From positions 19,840-83,839 of the forward strand of contig CAVSBT010000039.1 of NCBI GenBank assembly GCA_963726245.1: a stretch of DNA of 64,000 nt, read 5' to 3'. Position 1 is the first letter of the stretch. Every line of letters starts with the position of its first letter. The notes below the pieces were generated by a model. The model searched no databases and was not told the origin of the DNA. It saw only the letters and a program-made list of their open reading frames with translations. The stretch comes from an uncultured Chloroflexia bacterium. Lineage in GTDB: Bacteria; Chloroflexota; Dehalococcoidia; DSTF01; JALHUB01. Both the position numbers and the translations under genes were made by a program. Positions 21,160 through 31,218 of this stretch are shown here, piece after piece.

Positions 21160-21564
21160 TCATCTCGGCCGCTCTCCTCCCGCTCCATAGTCGGCCGCCT
21201 TCGTGCGCGCGTTCAGAAGGGCGCCGGTGGTGGCGACGCAGTACGGCACGGCGTAGGTGAGCGGTACCTTCCACGCCAGCGCCATCGGGAATTCGCCGCC
21301 CACGATAAGCTGGCCCTGGTTGATGGCGGTCAGGATTGTCCCCACTATGAGAGCGATTGCCAGGGACGTGGCCATCACCGGCCGGTAGGTGACGGCGCAG
21401 CGGAGGCAGCGCGCCCGGCGCCCCTCCTGCGACCGCACCTCATACATCACTTCGTTGAGCCTGCGCCGACAGCGGGTGCAGACCACCGGCGTGGCTGGCA
21501 GCTCATTGCCCGCCAAGTAGTCGACTCGCCCCTTTCTCTCGCCAGTGGCGGCGCGGGCAGCCAT
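21160..21564 (-). CDS. NrtS-like small membrane protein with N-terminal CxxC..CxxC
   Basis: ALIVGTILTAINQG..KVPLTYAVPYCVATTG resembles the NrtS family; CTRC and CLRC upstream. Confidence 0.7.
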   Translation of the reverse strand: MAARAATGERKGRVDYLAGNELPATPVVCTRCRRRLNEVMYEVRSQEGRRARCLRCAVTYRPVMATSLAIALIVGTILTAINQGQLIVGGEFPMALAWKVPLTYAVPYCVATTGALLNARTKAADYGAGGERPR

Positions 21565-21692
21565 CCGACCAAGGCGGCTGGCTCACCCTGTCCAATCGAC
21601 GCCCGGCCTCCGCTCTGCCAGCGAGCAGATCATCATGCTGCTCCATCCGAGCGTCAACAGAGCGTAATGCCCCGCCCCGGCGGGCGCAAGCG

Positions 21693-21721
21693 ATGGGGCG
21701 GAGCTGGCAGCTCCGCCCCAT
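21693..21721. terminator. Perfect hairpin downstream of MBL-fold gene
   Basis: ATGGGGCGGAGCT-GGC-AGCTCCGCCCCAT. Confidence 0.6.
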
Positions 21722-21752
21722 TTGCGTTAAGGCGAATCATCCCCACTCGGTG

Positions 21753-22557
21753 CTAGGCTGCGACGCCGGCGGGCTCCAGCCCAGCCATCATAGCCAGCAT
21801 CTCCTCATGATCCGGTCCCACGAAAGGCTCCAGGGCCGGTGCGGCCGAAAGCGCCTTGAGCAAGGGAATCGGTGCGGCCGTGTGCCACCGGGCCGTGCGA
21901 GCTGAGGATCGTCCTTGGCTCCAGCCTCCTGATGGTCTCGAGCTGACCGTCGAACTTGCTCTGGTCCACGAGATGAATCCAGGGGCTGAGTGCGCTGGCG
22001 AACATGTGGAAGCCTTTGAGGAAGGCCGCCTCTGGGACGTCAGTCACCACCTCCGCCGGTCCCGGAATGAGAGCACCGAGGGAGTCGGCCGTGAAGAGGA
22101 CGCTGTTCTTCGGGTCATAGAATCCCTGCGTCGCCGGGGAATCCCAGGTGGGTGGCCGCACGACGGTGAACTCGCGGTCGCCGGCGCTGAATCGCTGACC
22201 TGGGTTAATCAGGAGCACCCTCTCCATCGGCAGCTCGTGCGAATCAGCCAGCCTCGCAAAGCCGAGGAAGGGCATGAGCACCCGCGCGTTCGGGGCCACC
22301 TTCATGGCCTGCGCGAGGTTGCCGGCGTGGTCATTGTCGTCGTGGGTCAGGAAGATCCACTTGATCTCCGCGGGATCGATCAGCGATCCCAGGGTTGTCA
22401 GGAACTGTTCCCGCTCGATCGGCATGCCGGTGTCAACGAGGACGGGCTCCTGCGCCTCAATGAGGTACCAGTTGATGGGCAGGATGCCCAACGGCCCGGC
22501 GGGGAAGTTCGTCGTGACGATATAGGTGTCGGCGTTTACGCGCCGAGGCTTCTCCAT
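21753..22557 (-). CDS. MBL-fold protein, flavodiiron/ODP-like di-metal domain (apparent frameshift near 21860)
   Basis: LVDTG, THDDNDHAG, LFTADSLG, SSHGP; the true C-terminus is probably GPDHEEMLAMMAGLEPAGVAA*. Confidence 0.8.
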
Positions 22558-22622
22558 TGGTTTCTCCCTCCTTGGATCTTCAGGCAGGGCTTCCAGCCCT
22601 GCGTATTTACTGCTTACGACAA

Positions 22623-24023
22623 CTACTTCGCTGCCGGCTTGATGTTCTGGTTCACGCGAAACAGGTTGGTCGGGTCATACTTGGCCTTTATCTGGGCCAG
22701 CCGCCGGTAATTGTCCCGATAGGTGGCCTCGACGCCCTCCTGTCCCTCCTCCATCATGAAGTTCACGTAGGCGCCGCCCGCCGAGTAGGGATGCAACGCC
22801 TTCCAATACTCCTTCGCCCACGAGATGATGGCGTCGTTATTCGCCGGGTCCGAGTCGATGCCCCCATAGACCGTCGACCAGGTGACGTCGCGGTAGCTGA
22901 AGGCCGTATCATTGCGCCCGACACGGTGCACCGCGCCATCGACGGGGTACAGGTGCATGGTGGAGAGCGCGGAGGGGAGTCGCGAGCCGTACTTCACGTG
23001 CAGCGCGATGGCCTCATCGCTCAGCTCCCTGACGAAGTCGCCCTTCCAGTACCACTGCAGGCCCGGCGGGAGCAGCGGGTCGAAAAGGCTCTGGAGCGCG
23101 GGGTAGGGCATGGGCGCCAAATGCGTGAACGCCGGCGGGCCAAACTCGGCCGCAGGCCTGAGCGCTTGCTCGCCCTTGTCCGCGGGCCCTGTGTAGCACC
23201 AGACGACCCCGCACATGTTCTTGTTGTGGATCTTGTCAGGGAACGGCGGGACGGGAGGCACCCTCATGAAGGCGAAGAACCCGAATATGTCTTCCGGCGC
23301 GTTCGTGATGAAATCGCGGTACCACGTCATCGCCTCCGCGCCTTTCTCAATGGGCCAGAGAGTGATCCCCGAGTACACCGTGTGCACGGGGTGCAGCCTA
23401 AAGAGAAACGAGGTCACCACGCCGAAGTTGCCGCCGCCGCCGCGTATTGCCCAGAAGAGGTCCTTATTCTCCTCAGCGCTGGCGGTGACGAAGCTTCCAT
23501 CAGCCAGGACCAGGTCGGCGGCCAGCAAGTTGTCGATGGTCAGGCCGTACTTGCGTGTCAGGTAGCCGTGACCGCCGCCCAGCGTCAGCCCGGCAACGCC
23601 GGTCCCCGCGAACACCCCGGCGGGTACCGCGAGGCCGAAAGCATGGGTCGCGTGGTCCAGGTCCCCCAGCGTACAGCCCCCCTGGACCAGCGCCGTGCGG
23701 GATTTCGGGTCGACCCATACGCCGTTCATCGGCGCGAGGTCTATGACCAGGCCATCGTCACACACGCCCAGGCCGGCCCCGTTGTGGCCGCCGCCACGGA
23801 TGGCCAGGGGCAGCCCGTTCTCGCGGGCGAAGCCTACGGCCGAGGCCACATCCGCCACGTCCGCACAGCGCGCAATGAGAGCGGGGTGCTTGTCAATCAT
23901 CCCATTGTAGACCTTGCGGGCGGCGTCGTAGCCTTTATCGCCGCGCCGGATGAGATCGCCGCGGAAGCCGGCCCGCAGTTCTTCGATCGCCTTCTCCTCG
24001 AGAGGCGGAACCTTCGCAACCAT
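22623..24023 (-). CDS. FAD-linked oxidase (VAO/berberine-bridge-enzyme family)
   Basis: IRGGGHN, LFWAIRGGGGNFGVVT, AYVNF..KAKYDPTNLF. Confidence 0.93.
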   Translation of the reverse strand: MVAKVPPLEEKAIEELRAGFRGDLIRRGDKGYDAARKVYNGMIDKHPALIARCADVADVASAVGFARENGLPLAIRGGGHNGAGLGVCDDGLVIDLAPMNGVWVDPKSRTALVQGGCTLGDLDHATHAFGLAVPAGVFAGTGVAGLTLGGGHGYLTRKYGLTIDNLLAADLVLADGSFVTASAEENKDLFWAIRGGGGNFGVVTSFLFRLHPVHTVYSGITLWPIEKGAEAMTWYRDFITNAPEDIFGFFAFMRVPPVPPFPDKIHNKNMCGVVWCYTGPADKGEQALRPAAEFGPPAFTHLAPMPYPALQSLFDPLLPPGLQWYWKGDFVRELSDEAIALHVKYGSRLPSALSTMHLYPVDGAVHRVGRNDTAFSYRDVTWSTVYGGIDSDPANNDAIISWAKEYWKALHPYSAGGAYVNFMMEEGQEGVEATYRDNYRRLAQIKAKYDPTNLFRVNQNIKPAAK

Positions 24024-24059
24024 GATCTGAATAGACTCCTTTCTCTCAGGTCTGAGATC

Positions 24060-24374
24060 TCACCTGACCGCGGATGCCTGGTAGAACGACGTCAGGACTT
24101 CGCCGTCGTTCCACTCCGGGTCCGCTTCCAGGAGCTCACGCAGCCTCCGGTACCAGCGGTCCTGCTCTGGGTCGTCGGCGTTCTTGAGGTAGCTGGCCTC
24201 CGAATCGAAGACGGCAACGCCCATCAGCTCTCCGGGTCGTGACCTAGAGCGGAACAGGTAGCCGGCAACGAATCCGGCCGGCGCGCTCCGCTCCAGTTCT
24301 TCGCGGCTCATCAGGTCTTGGATCGCCGCTTCCGCCCCCGGCTTGGGCCGCATGAAATAGATAGTGCCGAACAT
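24060..24374 (-). CDS. ABM-like dimeric alpha/beta barrel protein
   Basis: 104 aa; AVFDSEASYLKNADDPEQDRWYRRLRELLEADPEW; strong RBS. Confidence 0.75.
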   Translation of the reverse strand: MFGTIYFMRPKPGAEAAIQDLMSREELERSAPAGFVAGYLFRSRSRPGELMGVAVFDSEASYLKNADDPEQDRWYRRLRELLEADPEWNDGEVLTSFYQASAVR

Positions 24375-24465
24375 GTTCTCCCTCCTTTGATGACTTGATG
24401 AGTGGGGCGGATTCGCGTTCTTCTCCGCCCTAATGGCTGCCGGCGTGCAAGCCAGCAGATTCTAC

Positions 24466-24687
24466 CTAGGCGCGGCCGGCTTGGCTTCCAGGGCGCCCTC
24501 GGGAGCGCAGCCTGAGCGGCGCTAGGTGGAAGGCCAGAGAGACGAATTGGCGGGCCTGCTGGCGGCGCAGGCGCCCAGATCGTGACGGCGAAGGGCCCGT
24601 CCCTCTTTGGGCGCGTTCAGCCTCCTCGTCGAGCTCTCTCATTCTCTCAGCCGCCGCATATTCCAGATATAGCGGTGAGTCCCACAT
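24466..24687 (-). CDS. Small hypothetical helical protein
   Basis: AAAERMRELDEEAERAQR..RLRR; AAGGA upstream; co-oriented in the gene run. Confidence 0.5.
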   Translation of the reverse strand: MWDSPLYLEYAAAERMRELDEEAERAQRGTGPSPSRSGRLRRQQARQFVSLAFHLAPLRLRSRGRPGSQAGRA

Positions 24688-24732
24688 GTCCAAGTCCTTT
24701 CCGGTGCTACTGCCGACCGGCTTCTCGCGGCC

Positions 24733-25068
24733 TCAGGCGGTGCGCGCCGCCGCTCGCTCGGTTTTGGCGTCTGCCTCACGCTCCAGCGTGCCGTCGAACC
24801 ACTCGGGGTCGCTCTCCAAGTACGACCGCAACTCGCGGAACCAGGCATCCTGCTCGGGCCGGTTCGCGTTCCTGACGTAGTTCACGGTGTTGTCCCAGCG
24901 CGCCGCCCCCATGAACTCGTTAGGGTCGGTGTTGCTCGCCACCAGAATCGTCCGCTCATACCCGATGGCGTCTGCTTTCTGCTCGCGCACCCACTTGTCG
25001 AAGTGGTCGAAGAGCGCCTGCCGCTTGCCGGGCAGGACCTTGAAGCGGAAAAACGTCACGTGTGCCAT
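24733..25068 (-). CDS. ABM-like dimeric alpha/beta barrel protein (paralog of 24060..24374)
   Basis: YVRNANRPEQDAWFRELRSYLESDPEWFDG; GGAGG RBS. Confidence 0.75.
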   Translation of the reverse strand: MAHVTFFRFKVLPGKRQALFDHFDKWVREQKADAIGYERTILVASNTDPNEFMGAARWDNTVNYVRNANRPEQDAWFRELRSYLESDPEWFDGTLEREADAKTERAAARTA

Positions 25069-25137
25069 GGTGATCTCCCTCCTCTTGAGTAAGACCGGCC
25101 GGGGCCGACGGCTCGGCCCCGGCAGCAAGATGATCTA

Positions 25138-25506
25138 TTACTTCGCGTAGTTGCTCGCGCCTGCCCAGTCTATGAGCACCACGGGCTCATTGCCGACGAC
25201 CCAGCCATCGTGTCCGGATGGAAGAGCCGACACCTCTCCGGGGCCGACCTCGAACTCGGTGCCGTCCGCCATCAGAACGTGGAGGCGTCCGGACAGGTGG
25301 TACTGGAAATGAGGCGCCTCACACCATTCGGTGCCGGCGATGGGCTTAACGTGCGTGGACCACCTCCAGCCCGGCTGCAAGGTGAGCCGCCCCACAGTCC
25401 CTCCCCCAATGTTTACGAGGTCGACCTTTCCCTTCTCGAAGGTCCTCGTCTCGTCGGGTGACCTCAGGTCCTTCCGCTCGTAGAGTTTGGTCGTTGATTG
25501 TGTCAC
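25138..25506 (-). CDS. Cupin domain protein
   Basis: LQPGWRWSTHVKP..CEAPH..SGRLH..PSGHDGWVVGNEP. Confidence 0.88.
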   Translation of the reverse strand: MTQSTTKLYERKDLRSPDETRTFEKGKVDLVNIGGGTVGRLTLQPGWRWSTHVKPIAGTEWCEAPHFQYHLSGRLHVLMADGTEFEVGPGEVSALPSGHDGWVVGNEPVVLIDWAGASNYAK

Positions 25507-25608
25507 GGTGTCTCCCTCCTGTTTGCTCTGCCGCCCCTGATGGTGCGGCAATATCATCCCTGGACATGGGCGGCGGCCTCCTTGCCTCCGCTGTCCGCGA
25601 CTCCAGCG

Positions 25609-26031
25609 TTAGGCCGGAGTAGCCAAGGGTATCCTCGTTACGCCGAGCTGGGTCAGCACGTGCGCCATGTCGATGTACTCCCGCTCGCGGTAGATTTTCC
25701 CGTCCCGCACTTCGAGGACATCGCAGACCGGTATGGTAACCGACCGTCCTGTAGGAGCGATGCCCATCATGTCGCCCTTGTGCGTGCCGCGGCCGATGAA
25801 CTCGACCAGGACCGTATCGCCGGACTCCTTGATGTTGACGACGTCGATGCGGCCGTCGGGAAAGGCGGTGGCGAACATTCGGGCAACGGCCAGACCGGCC
25901 TCAGGTCCCTTCTGTTCCCTGCCATCACCCCCGGTGTAGGTGTAGTCCGGGTGCATCAGATCGCGCATGCGATCGAAGTTCCGGCTGTTCCAGGCATCCA
26001 AAGACTCTTTTACAACGTCCTTCGCAGACAT
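25609..26031 (-). CDS. SnoaL/ester cyclase (NTF2-like) protein
   Basis: AFPDG..GTHKG..IAPTGR..DGKI. Confidence 0.88.
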   Translation of the reverse strand: MSAKDVVKESLDAWNSRNFDRMRDLMHPDYTYTGGDGREQKGPEAGLAVARMFATAFPDGRIDVVNIKESGDTVLVEFIGRGTHKGDMMGIAPTGRSVTIPVCDVLEVRDGKIYREREYIDMAHVLTQLGVTRIPLATPA

Positions 26032-26094
26032 GTTCCTCCGTCCTTTCGTCTTGAGCACAGCGAGACCCCCGGACCGCTGTCCGGGGGCCGTCGA

Positions 26095-26355
26095 TTACAT
26101 CTGATGGAATGACCTGATCTGCTCCGGAGTGAACTTGGTCACCTCGGTGACGCGCGCCTTGTTGCGCACGATGGCGGGGGCCATGTTTCGGGCGGCGGCC
26201 TCGCTTCCCGCCTCTACTACACCCCAGGCGGTGTGGTTCCCCGCCATGCACCCCCAGTCGAACTTGGACAAGAAGCCCTGACCTCGCGCCAGGACGTCAT
26301 CCAGGGCCTGGAGGCACTCCTCCTTGGTGTGCGGCGACTCGATCAAGTAAGTCAT
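26095..26355 (-). CDS. Small conserved-looking protein with His/Cys motifs
   Basis: ESPHTKEEC and WGCMAGNH; GGAGG RBS. Confidence 0.7.
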   Translation of the reverse strand: MTYLIESPHTKEECLQALDDVLARGQGFLSKFDWGCMAGNHTAWGVVEAGSEAAARNMAPAIVRNKARVTEVTKFTPEQIRSFHQM

Positions 26356-26379
26356 TGTCTGCTCCCTCCGTGGATCTCT

Positions 26380-26457
26380 TGAACCTTGGGACCTTAGAAG
26401 CTTGGAACCTTGGGGCCGTGGCGCCCTGGTTCGAAGGTTCTACCGTTCCAAGATTCC
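26380..26457. repeat. Inverted arrays of degenerate octamers (4+4)
   Basis: TGAACCTT GGGACCTT AGAAGCTT GGAACCTT ... CTGGTTCG AAGGTTCT ACCGTTCC AAGATTCC. Confidence 0.7.
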
Positions 26458-26789
26458 GTCCCTATGTCCCATTGTTCTTCTGTGCCAATGCTCTTTGTCC
26501 GACCACCTCCCCCCCCGCCCGCCAATCCATCCAATCGCCCGACGCCGGGCGCGCACGGTCCTACTTAGGGCACACGACACAAGTAGTATATCAAATGCCT
26601 CACTCTTTTCGCTAGTGCTGACCTGCGACCTTTGTATAAGCTATCCCCAAGATTCAGCCTGCACTCATAGCCAGCAGGCGCGGGCAGATCGCCGCCTTGA
26701 CCACCGTCGGCGGCGGCCCTAGAGTGGATATGTTCCGCCGAGGAACAGGCAGCTCGATTCCCCGGGAAGGCCAGCAGGAACCGCCCCTC

Positions 26790-27713
26790 ATGACCACAGG
26801 CTCCCGCAGCAGCTCCTCCGACATCTCGACGCGCCCCTCGACCTGGACGCGCCTGCTCAGCGGGCCAGCCCGCCTGGTACTTTTCCTCGAGACCGTCAAG
26901 TTCGAGCACACCGTCTTCGCCCTCCCCTTCGCCTACGTCGCCCTCTTCCTGGCCGCCGGCGGCCTCCCGTCGGCGGCTGACTTCGCCTGGATCACCGTGG
27001 CCATGGTCTCGGCGCGCACGTTTGCCATGGCCGCCAACCGCCTCATCGACGCCGAGATCGACGCCCGCAACCCGCGCACCGCCTCGCGGCCCCTGCCGGC
27101 GGGCCGCACGTCCCGCGCCGAGGTGTCGCTCTTCGTCGCGGCCTCGGCGGTTGTCTTCGTGGTGTCGGCCTTTCAGTTCGGCTCCCTGGCGCGCTTGCTG
27201 TGGCCTATCGTGCTGGTGGGCATGGCCGCCTATCCCTACGCCAAGCGCTTCACCTGGGCCAGCCACCTGGCCCTGGGCCTGGTCTACGTCATGGTCCCGA
27301 CCGGCGTCTGGGTGGCCCTCCACAACCAGCTCTCCGGCGCCTCGCTGGCCCTGGGCCTGGCGGCCGGCTGCTGGGTGGCCGGCTTCGACGTCATCTACGC
27401 TTGCCAGGACATCGACGTCGACCGCCGCGACGGCCTGCACTCGCTGCCGGCGGACGTCGGGCGTGGCCCCGGCCCTGGCGGTGGCCCGCGTTCTGCACGC
27501 CCTCATGCTGGCCGCCCTGATCGCGGCCGGCTGGTCGCTGGAGCGGGGGTCTGGTACTACGTCGGGGTTGCCGTCACCGGCCTGCTCCTGGCCTACGAGC
27601 ACCGGCTGGTGTCGCCCCGCGACCTGTCGCGCGTGGACGCCGCCTTCTTCACGACGAATGGCGTCATCAGCCTCCTCCTGCTGGGAGCGGTGGTGGCGGA
27701 CACCGTCATCTAA
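26790..27713 (+). CDS. mqnP: UbiA-like prenyltransferase of the futalosine pathway (MqnP); local compensating frameshifts about 27460-27545
   Basis: [51 protein letters not shown]. Confidence 0.88.
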   Translation: MTTGSRSSSSDISTRPSTWTRLLSGPARLVLFLETVKFEHTVFALPFAYVALFLAAGGLPSAADFAWITVAMVSARTFAMAANRLIDAEIDARNPRTASRPLPAGRTSRAEVSLFVAASAVVFVVSAFQFGSLARLLWPIVLVGMAAYPYAKRFTWASHLALGLVYVMVPTGVWVALHNQLSGASLALGLAAGCWVAGFDVIYACQDIDVDRRDGLHSLPADVGRGPGPGGGPRSARPHAGRPDRGRLVAGAGVWYYVGVAVTGLLLAYEHRLVSPRDLSRVDAAFFTTNGVISLLLLGAVVADTVI

Positions 27714-27725
27714 AGGGGACGAGCG

Positions 27726-28360
27726 ATGGCTCTCTACGTAGTCGGCATCACAGGAGGCAGCGGCGCGCCTTACGCCCGGCGGCTGCTCCAGGTACTGCTG
27801 GAGGCAGGCCACCAGGTCAAGCTGGTCGTCACGGAGTCCGGCGAGCGGGTGCTGGCCATCGAGCTGGGCCTGCGGCTGGAGGGGACGCTCGACGAGCGCG
27901 CCGAGCGGTGGCGCTCGTTCCTCGGGCGGCCAGCCCGGCGACCCGGCGCTGGAGCTCTTCCACTCCGCGCGACATGGCCGCCTCCATATCGAGCGGCTCG
28001 TTCCCCACCTCGGGGATGGTGGTCATACCGTGCAGCATGGGCGCCCTGGCCCGCATCGCCGCCGGCGTGTCGACCAACCTGGTCGAGCGGGCGGCGGACG
28101 TGACCATGAAGGAGCGGCGCCCGCTGGTGCTGGTGCCCCGCGAGACGCCGCTGAACGACATCCACCTGGAGAACATGCTCCGCCTGCGCCGCGCCGGCGT
28201 CGACATCCTGCCCGCCGCGCCCGGCTTCTACCACCAGCCGCGCACTATCGACGACCTGGTGGACTTCATCGTGGCGCGGGTGCTGGACCGCCTCGGCATC
28301 GAGCACCAACTCCTGCGGCGCTGGACGGGGGACGCGCCGGAACTGGTCGAGGAGCCGTAG
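27726..28360 (+). CDS. ubiX: Flavin prenyltransferase UbiX (apparent frameshift near 27930)
   Basis: GITGGSG, then [28 protein letters not shown]. Confidence 0.9.
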
Positions 28361-30124
28361 GTGGCGAAGTGGCCGGACCTCCAGTCCTTCCTCTGGCACC
28401 TGGAGCGCCAGGGCGAGCTGCGCCGGGTGCGCGTCGAGGTTGACCCCGCCCTCGAGATCACGGAGATCGCCACCCGGACGGTGCGCGAGGAGGGCCCGGC
28501 CCTCCTCTTCGAGCGGGTGCGGGGCTCGCCCTACCCGCTGGCGATCAACATCTTCGGCAGCCGCCGTCGCATCCGGATGGCGCTGGGCCGCGAGCCGGGC
28601 GCTATCGGCGAGGAGCTGGCCGGCCTGGTGGAGCGCCTGAACCCGCCCTCGGCGCGCGCGCTCTGGTCGGCGAAAGGGAGCCTGCGCCGGATGCTGTCGA
28701 TGCGCACGGCGGGGAGCCGCAAGGCCCTCTGCCAGGAGGTGGAGGAGGCGCCGGACCTGGACGCGCTGCCGGCGCTCACCTGCTGGCCCGGCGACGGCGG
28801 GCGCTTCATCACCTTCCCTCTGGTGCTGACGCAGGACCCACAGACGCAGCGGCGGAACATGGGCATCTATCGCATGCAGGTCTTCGCGCGCGACCGGACG
28901 GGGATGCACTGGCAGGTCCAGAAGGGCGGCGGCTTCCACTACTACCGCGCGGAGCAGCAAGGCCAGCCCCTCGAGGTCGCGGTGGTGCTGGGGGGCGACC
29001 CGGCCCTCATGCTGGGAGCCGTCCTCCCCCTGCCGGAGGACCTCGACGAGGTGGCGTTCAGCGGCCTCCTGAGGGGGCAGCCGACGGGCATGGTGCCCGC
29101 CCGCAGCCTCTCGCTGCGCGTGCCCGCCAGCGCCGAGTTCGTCCTCGAGGGCGTCGTGCCACCCGGCGAGCGGGAGATCGAGGGGCCCTTCGGCGACCAC
29201 TTCGGCCACTACTCGGGGGCGGCGCCCTTCCCCGTCTTCCACGTGCGACGGGTGACGCGGCGGCGAAACCCCATCTACCCGGCGGCGGTGGTCGGCAAGC
29301 CTCCCATGGAGGACCGCTACCTGGGGGACGCCGCCCAGGAGATGCTGACGCCCCTCATCAAGGTGCTTCACCCGGAGCTGCGCGACCTCTGGGCCTACTA
29401 CGAGGCCGGCTTCCACAACCTGCTGGTGGCCTCGGTGGAGGTGCGCTTCACCAAGGAGGCCATGAAGACGGCCCTGGGCCTGCTCGGGCAGGGCCAGCTC
29501 GCCCTGACGAAGGTGGTCGTCCTGGTGGGGCCGGACGTCAACGTGCACGACTTCAACGACGTGCTGCGGGCCATCCAGCGGCACTTCAACCCCGGCGAGG
29601 ACTTCGCGCTCATCCCGCGGGCGCCCCTCGACAGCCTGGACTTCACCGGCGTCCGCATGCACTACGGGAGTAAAATGATCCTGGACGCCACCCCCAAGGC
29701 CGACCAGCCGCCGGCGGGCGAACCCGCGCCCATGAGCCTCGACCCGTCGGCCGCCTGCCGGCAGGTCCGCTCCTGGCGCCTGCTGGCCGGCACCCTCCTC
29801 GCCGTCCAGGTGGAGGGCGACGGCAGGGCGGCGCTCCAGGCGCTCCTCGGGCTGGAGGGCCTGGGTGGGGTGCGCATGGTGGCCGCCGTGAGCCCGGACG
29901 TAAGTCTCGAAAACGACGCCGAGCTCCTCTGGGGCATCTTCACCCGCTTCGACCCCGCCCGCGACGTGCTCTTCCAGGAGGTCGAGCTGCGGGGTGCCTG
30001 GCCGGTGTGCCGGGGCCGCCTGGGCATCGACTCCACGTTCAAGGAGGGCTACCCGGAGCCCCTGACCATGACCGACGAGATACGGAGGAAGGTAGACCAG
30101 CGATGGGCGGAGTACTGGCGGTAG
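28361..30124 (+). CDS. ubiD: UbiD-family decarboxylase (menaquinone biosynthesis, MqnL-like)
   Basis: RNMGIYRMQ, EGPFGDHFG, GKPPMED. Confidence 0.92.
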   Translation: MAKWPDLQSFLWHLERQGELRRVRVEVDPALEITEIATRTVREEGPALLFERVRGSPYPLAINIFGSRRRIRMALGREPGAIGEELAGLVERLNPPSARALWSAKGSLRRMLSMRTAGSRKALCQEVEEAPDLDALPALTCWPGDGGRFITFPLVLTQDPQTQRRNMGIYRMQVFARDRTGMHWQVQKGGGFHYYRAEQQGQPLEVAVVLGGDPALMLGAVLPLPEDLDEVAFSGLLRGQPTGMVPARSLSLRVPASAEFVLEGVVPPGEREIEGPFGDHFGHYSGAAPFPVFHVRRVTRRRNPIYPAAVVGKPPMEDRYLGDAAQEMLTPLIKVLHPELRDLWAYYEAGFHNLLVASVEVRFTKEAMKTALGLLGQGQLALTKVVVLVGPDVNVHDFNDVLRAIQRHFNPGEDFALIPRAPLDSLDFTGVRMHYGSKMILDATPKADQPPAGEPAPMSLDPSAACRQVRSWRLLAGTLLAVQVEGDGRAALQALLGLEGLGGVRMVAAVSPDVSLENDAELLWGIFTRFDPARDVLFQEVELRGAWPVCRGRLGIDSTFKEGYPEPLTMTDEIRRKVDQRWAEYWR

Positions 30125-31218
30125 CCAGCGCGCCGGAGATCGACTTCTCCGACCCGGCGCTGGCGCCAATCTGGGAGAAGGTCCGGGCAGGCCAGCGTCT
30201 GGACGCCGCCGACGGCCTGCGCCTCTTCGAGACGGACGATCTTCTCGGTCTGGGGCGCATGGCCGGCTTCGCGAAGCGACAGCGCTGCGGCGACCGGGTC
30301 TACTTCGTCGTCAACCGGCAGGTGAACCCCACCAACCTCTGCGTCCTCTCCTGTCGCTTCTGCGACTTCGCCCGCAAGCGGGGCCAGGAGGGCGCCTACG
30401 AGATGACCCTCGACGAGGTGCTGGGCCACATCGACGACGAGATACGGGAGGTGCACATCGTCGGCGGCCACCACCCGGACTGGCCCTTCCAGTACTACGA
30501 GGACATGTTGCGGGCCATCCACGACCGCTTCCCAGCCGTGCAGCTCAAGGCCTTCACCGCCGCCGAGATAGACTACTTCAGCAAGCGCTTCAAGCTGCCG
30601 CTGGAGACGGTCCTGGCACGCCTCAAGGCCGCCGGCCTACAGTCGATGCCCGGCGGCGGCGCCGAGGTCTTCTCCGAGCGCGTGCGCAAGCTGCTCTTCC
30701 CGGGCAAGGCGGGCGCCCGCCGCTGGCTGGATATCCACCGCCTGGCCCACGGAATGGGCATCAAGTCCAACTGTACGCTGCTCTACGGCCACATCGAGAC
30801 CTACGAGGAGCGCGTGCGCCACCTGCTGCTCCTGCGCGAGCTCCAGGACGAGACGGGCGGCTTCCTGGCCTTTATCCCCCTGGCCTACCTGCCCGGCGAC
30901 ACCGGACTGGTGCCCCGCCAGGCCTCCGCCATCGAGGACCTGAAGATGGTGGCCGTCTCCCGCCTCCTGCTCGACAACGTGCCCCACGTCAAGGCCTACT
31001 GGGTGATGATCGGGGAGGAGACGGCATCGATGGCCCTCCACTTCGGGGCCAGCGACCTGGACGGCACCATCGGCGAGGAGCGCATCGCCCACGCGGCGCA
31101 CGCCGAGGGCCCCGCCGGGCTGGCCCGAGAGCGCATCATTCGCCTCATCCGCGACGCCGGCAAGACTCCCGTCGAGCGAGACGCCCTCTACAACGAGGTG
31201 CGCGTGTACGATGCTTAG
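30103..31218 (+). CDS. mqnE: Aminofutalosine synthase (radical SAM)
   Basis: NPTNLCVLSCRFCDF, EVHIVGG, MPGGGAE, FLAFIPLAY, HVKAYWVM; start uncertain. Confidence 0.9.
   Translation: MGGVLAVASAPEIDFSDPALAPIWEKVRAGQRLDAADGLRLFETDDLLGLGRMAGFAKRQRCGDRVYFVVNRQVNPTNLCVLSCRFCDFARKRGQEGAYEMTLDEVLGHIDDEIREVHIVGGHHPDWPFQYYEDMLRAIHDRFPAVQLKAFTAAEIDYFSKRFKLPLETVLARLKAAGLQSMPGGGAEVFSERVRKLLFPGKAGARRWLDIHRLAHGMGIKSNCTLLYGHIETYEERVRHLLLLRELQDETGGFLAFIPLAYLPGDTGLVPRQASAIEDLKMVAVSRLLLDNVPHVKAYWVMIGEETASMALHFGASDLDGTIGEERIAHAAHAEGPAGLARERIIRLIRDAGKTPVERDALYNEVRVYDA

Noticed and set aside
15598-26600. Genomic island integrated at tRNA-Thr
   Set aside because: Accessory-looking genes follow the tRNA, but I found no integrase and no duplicated tRNA 3' end
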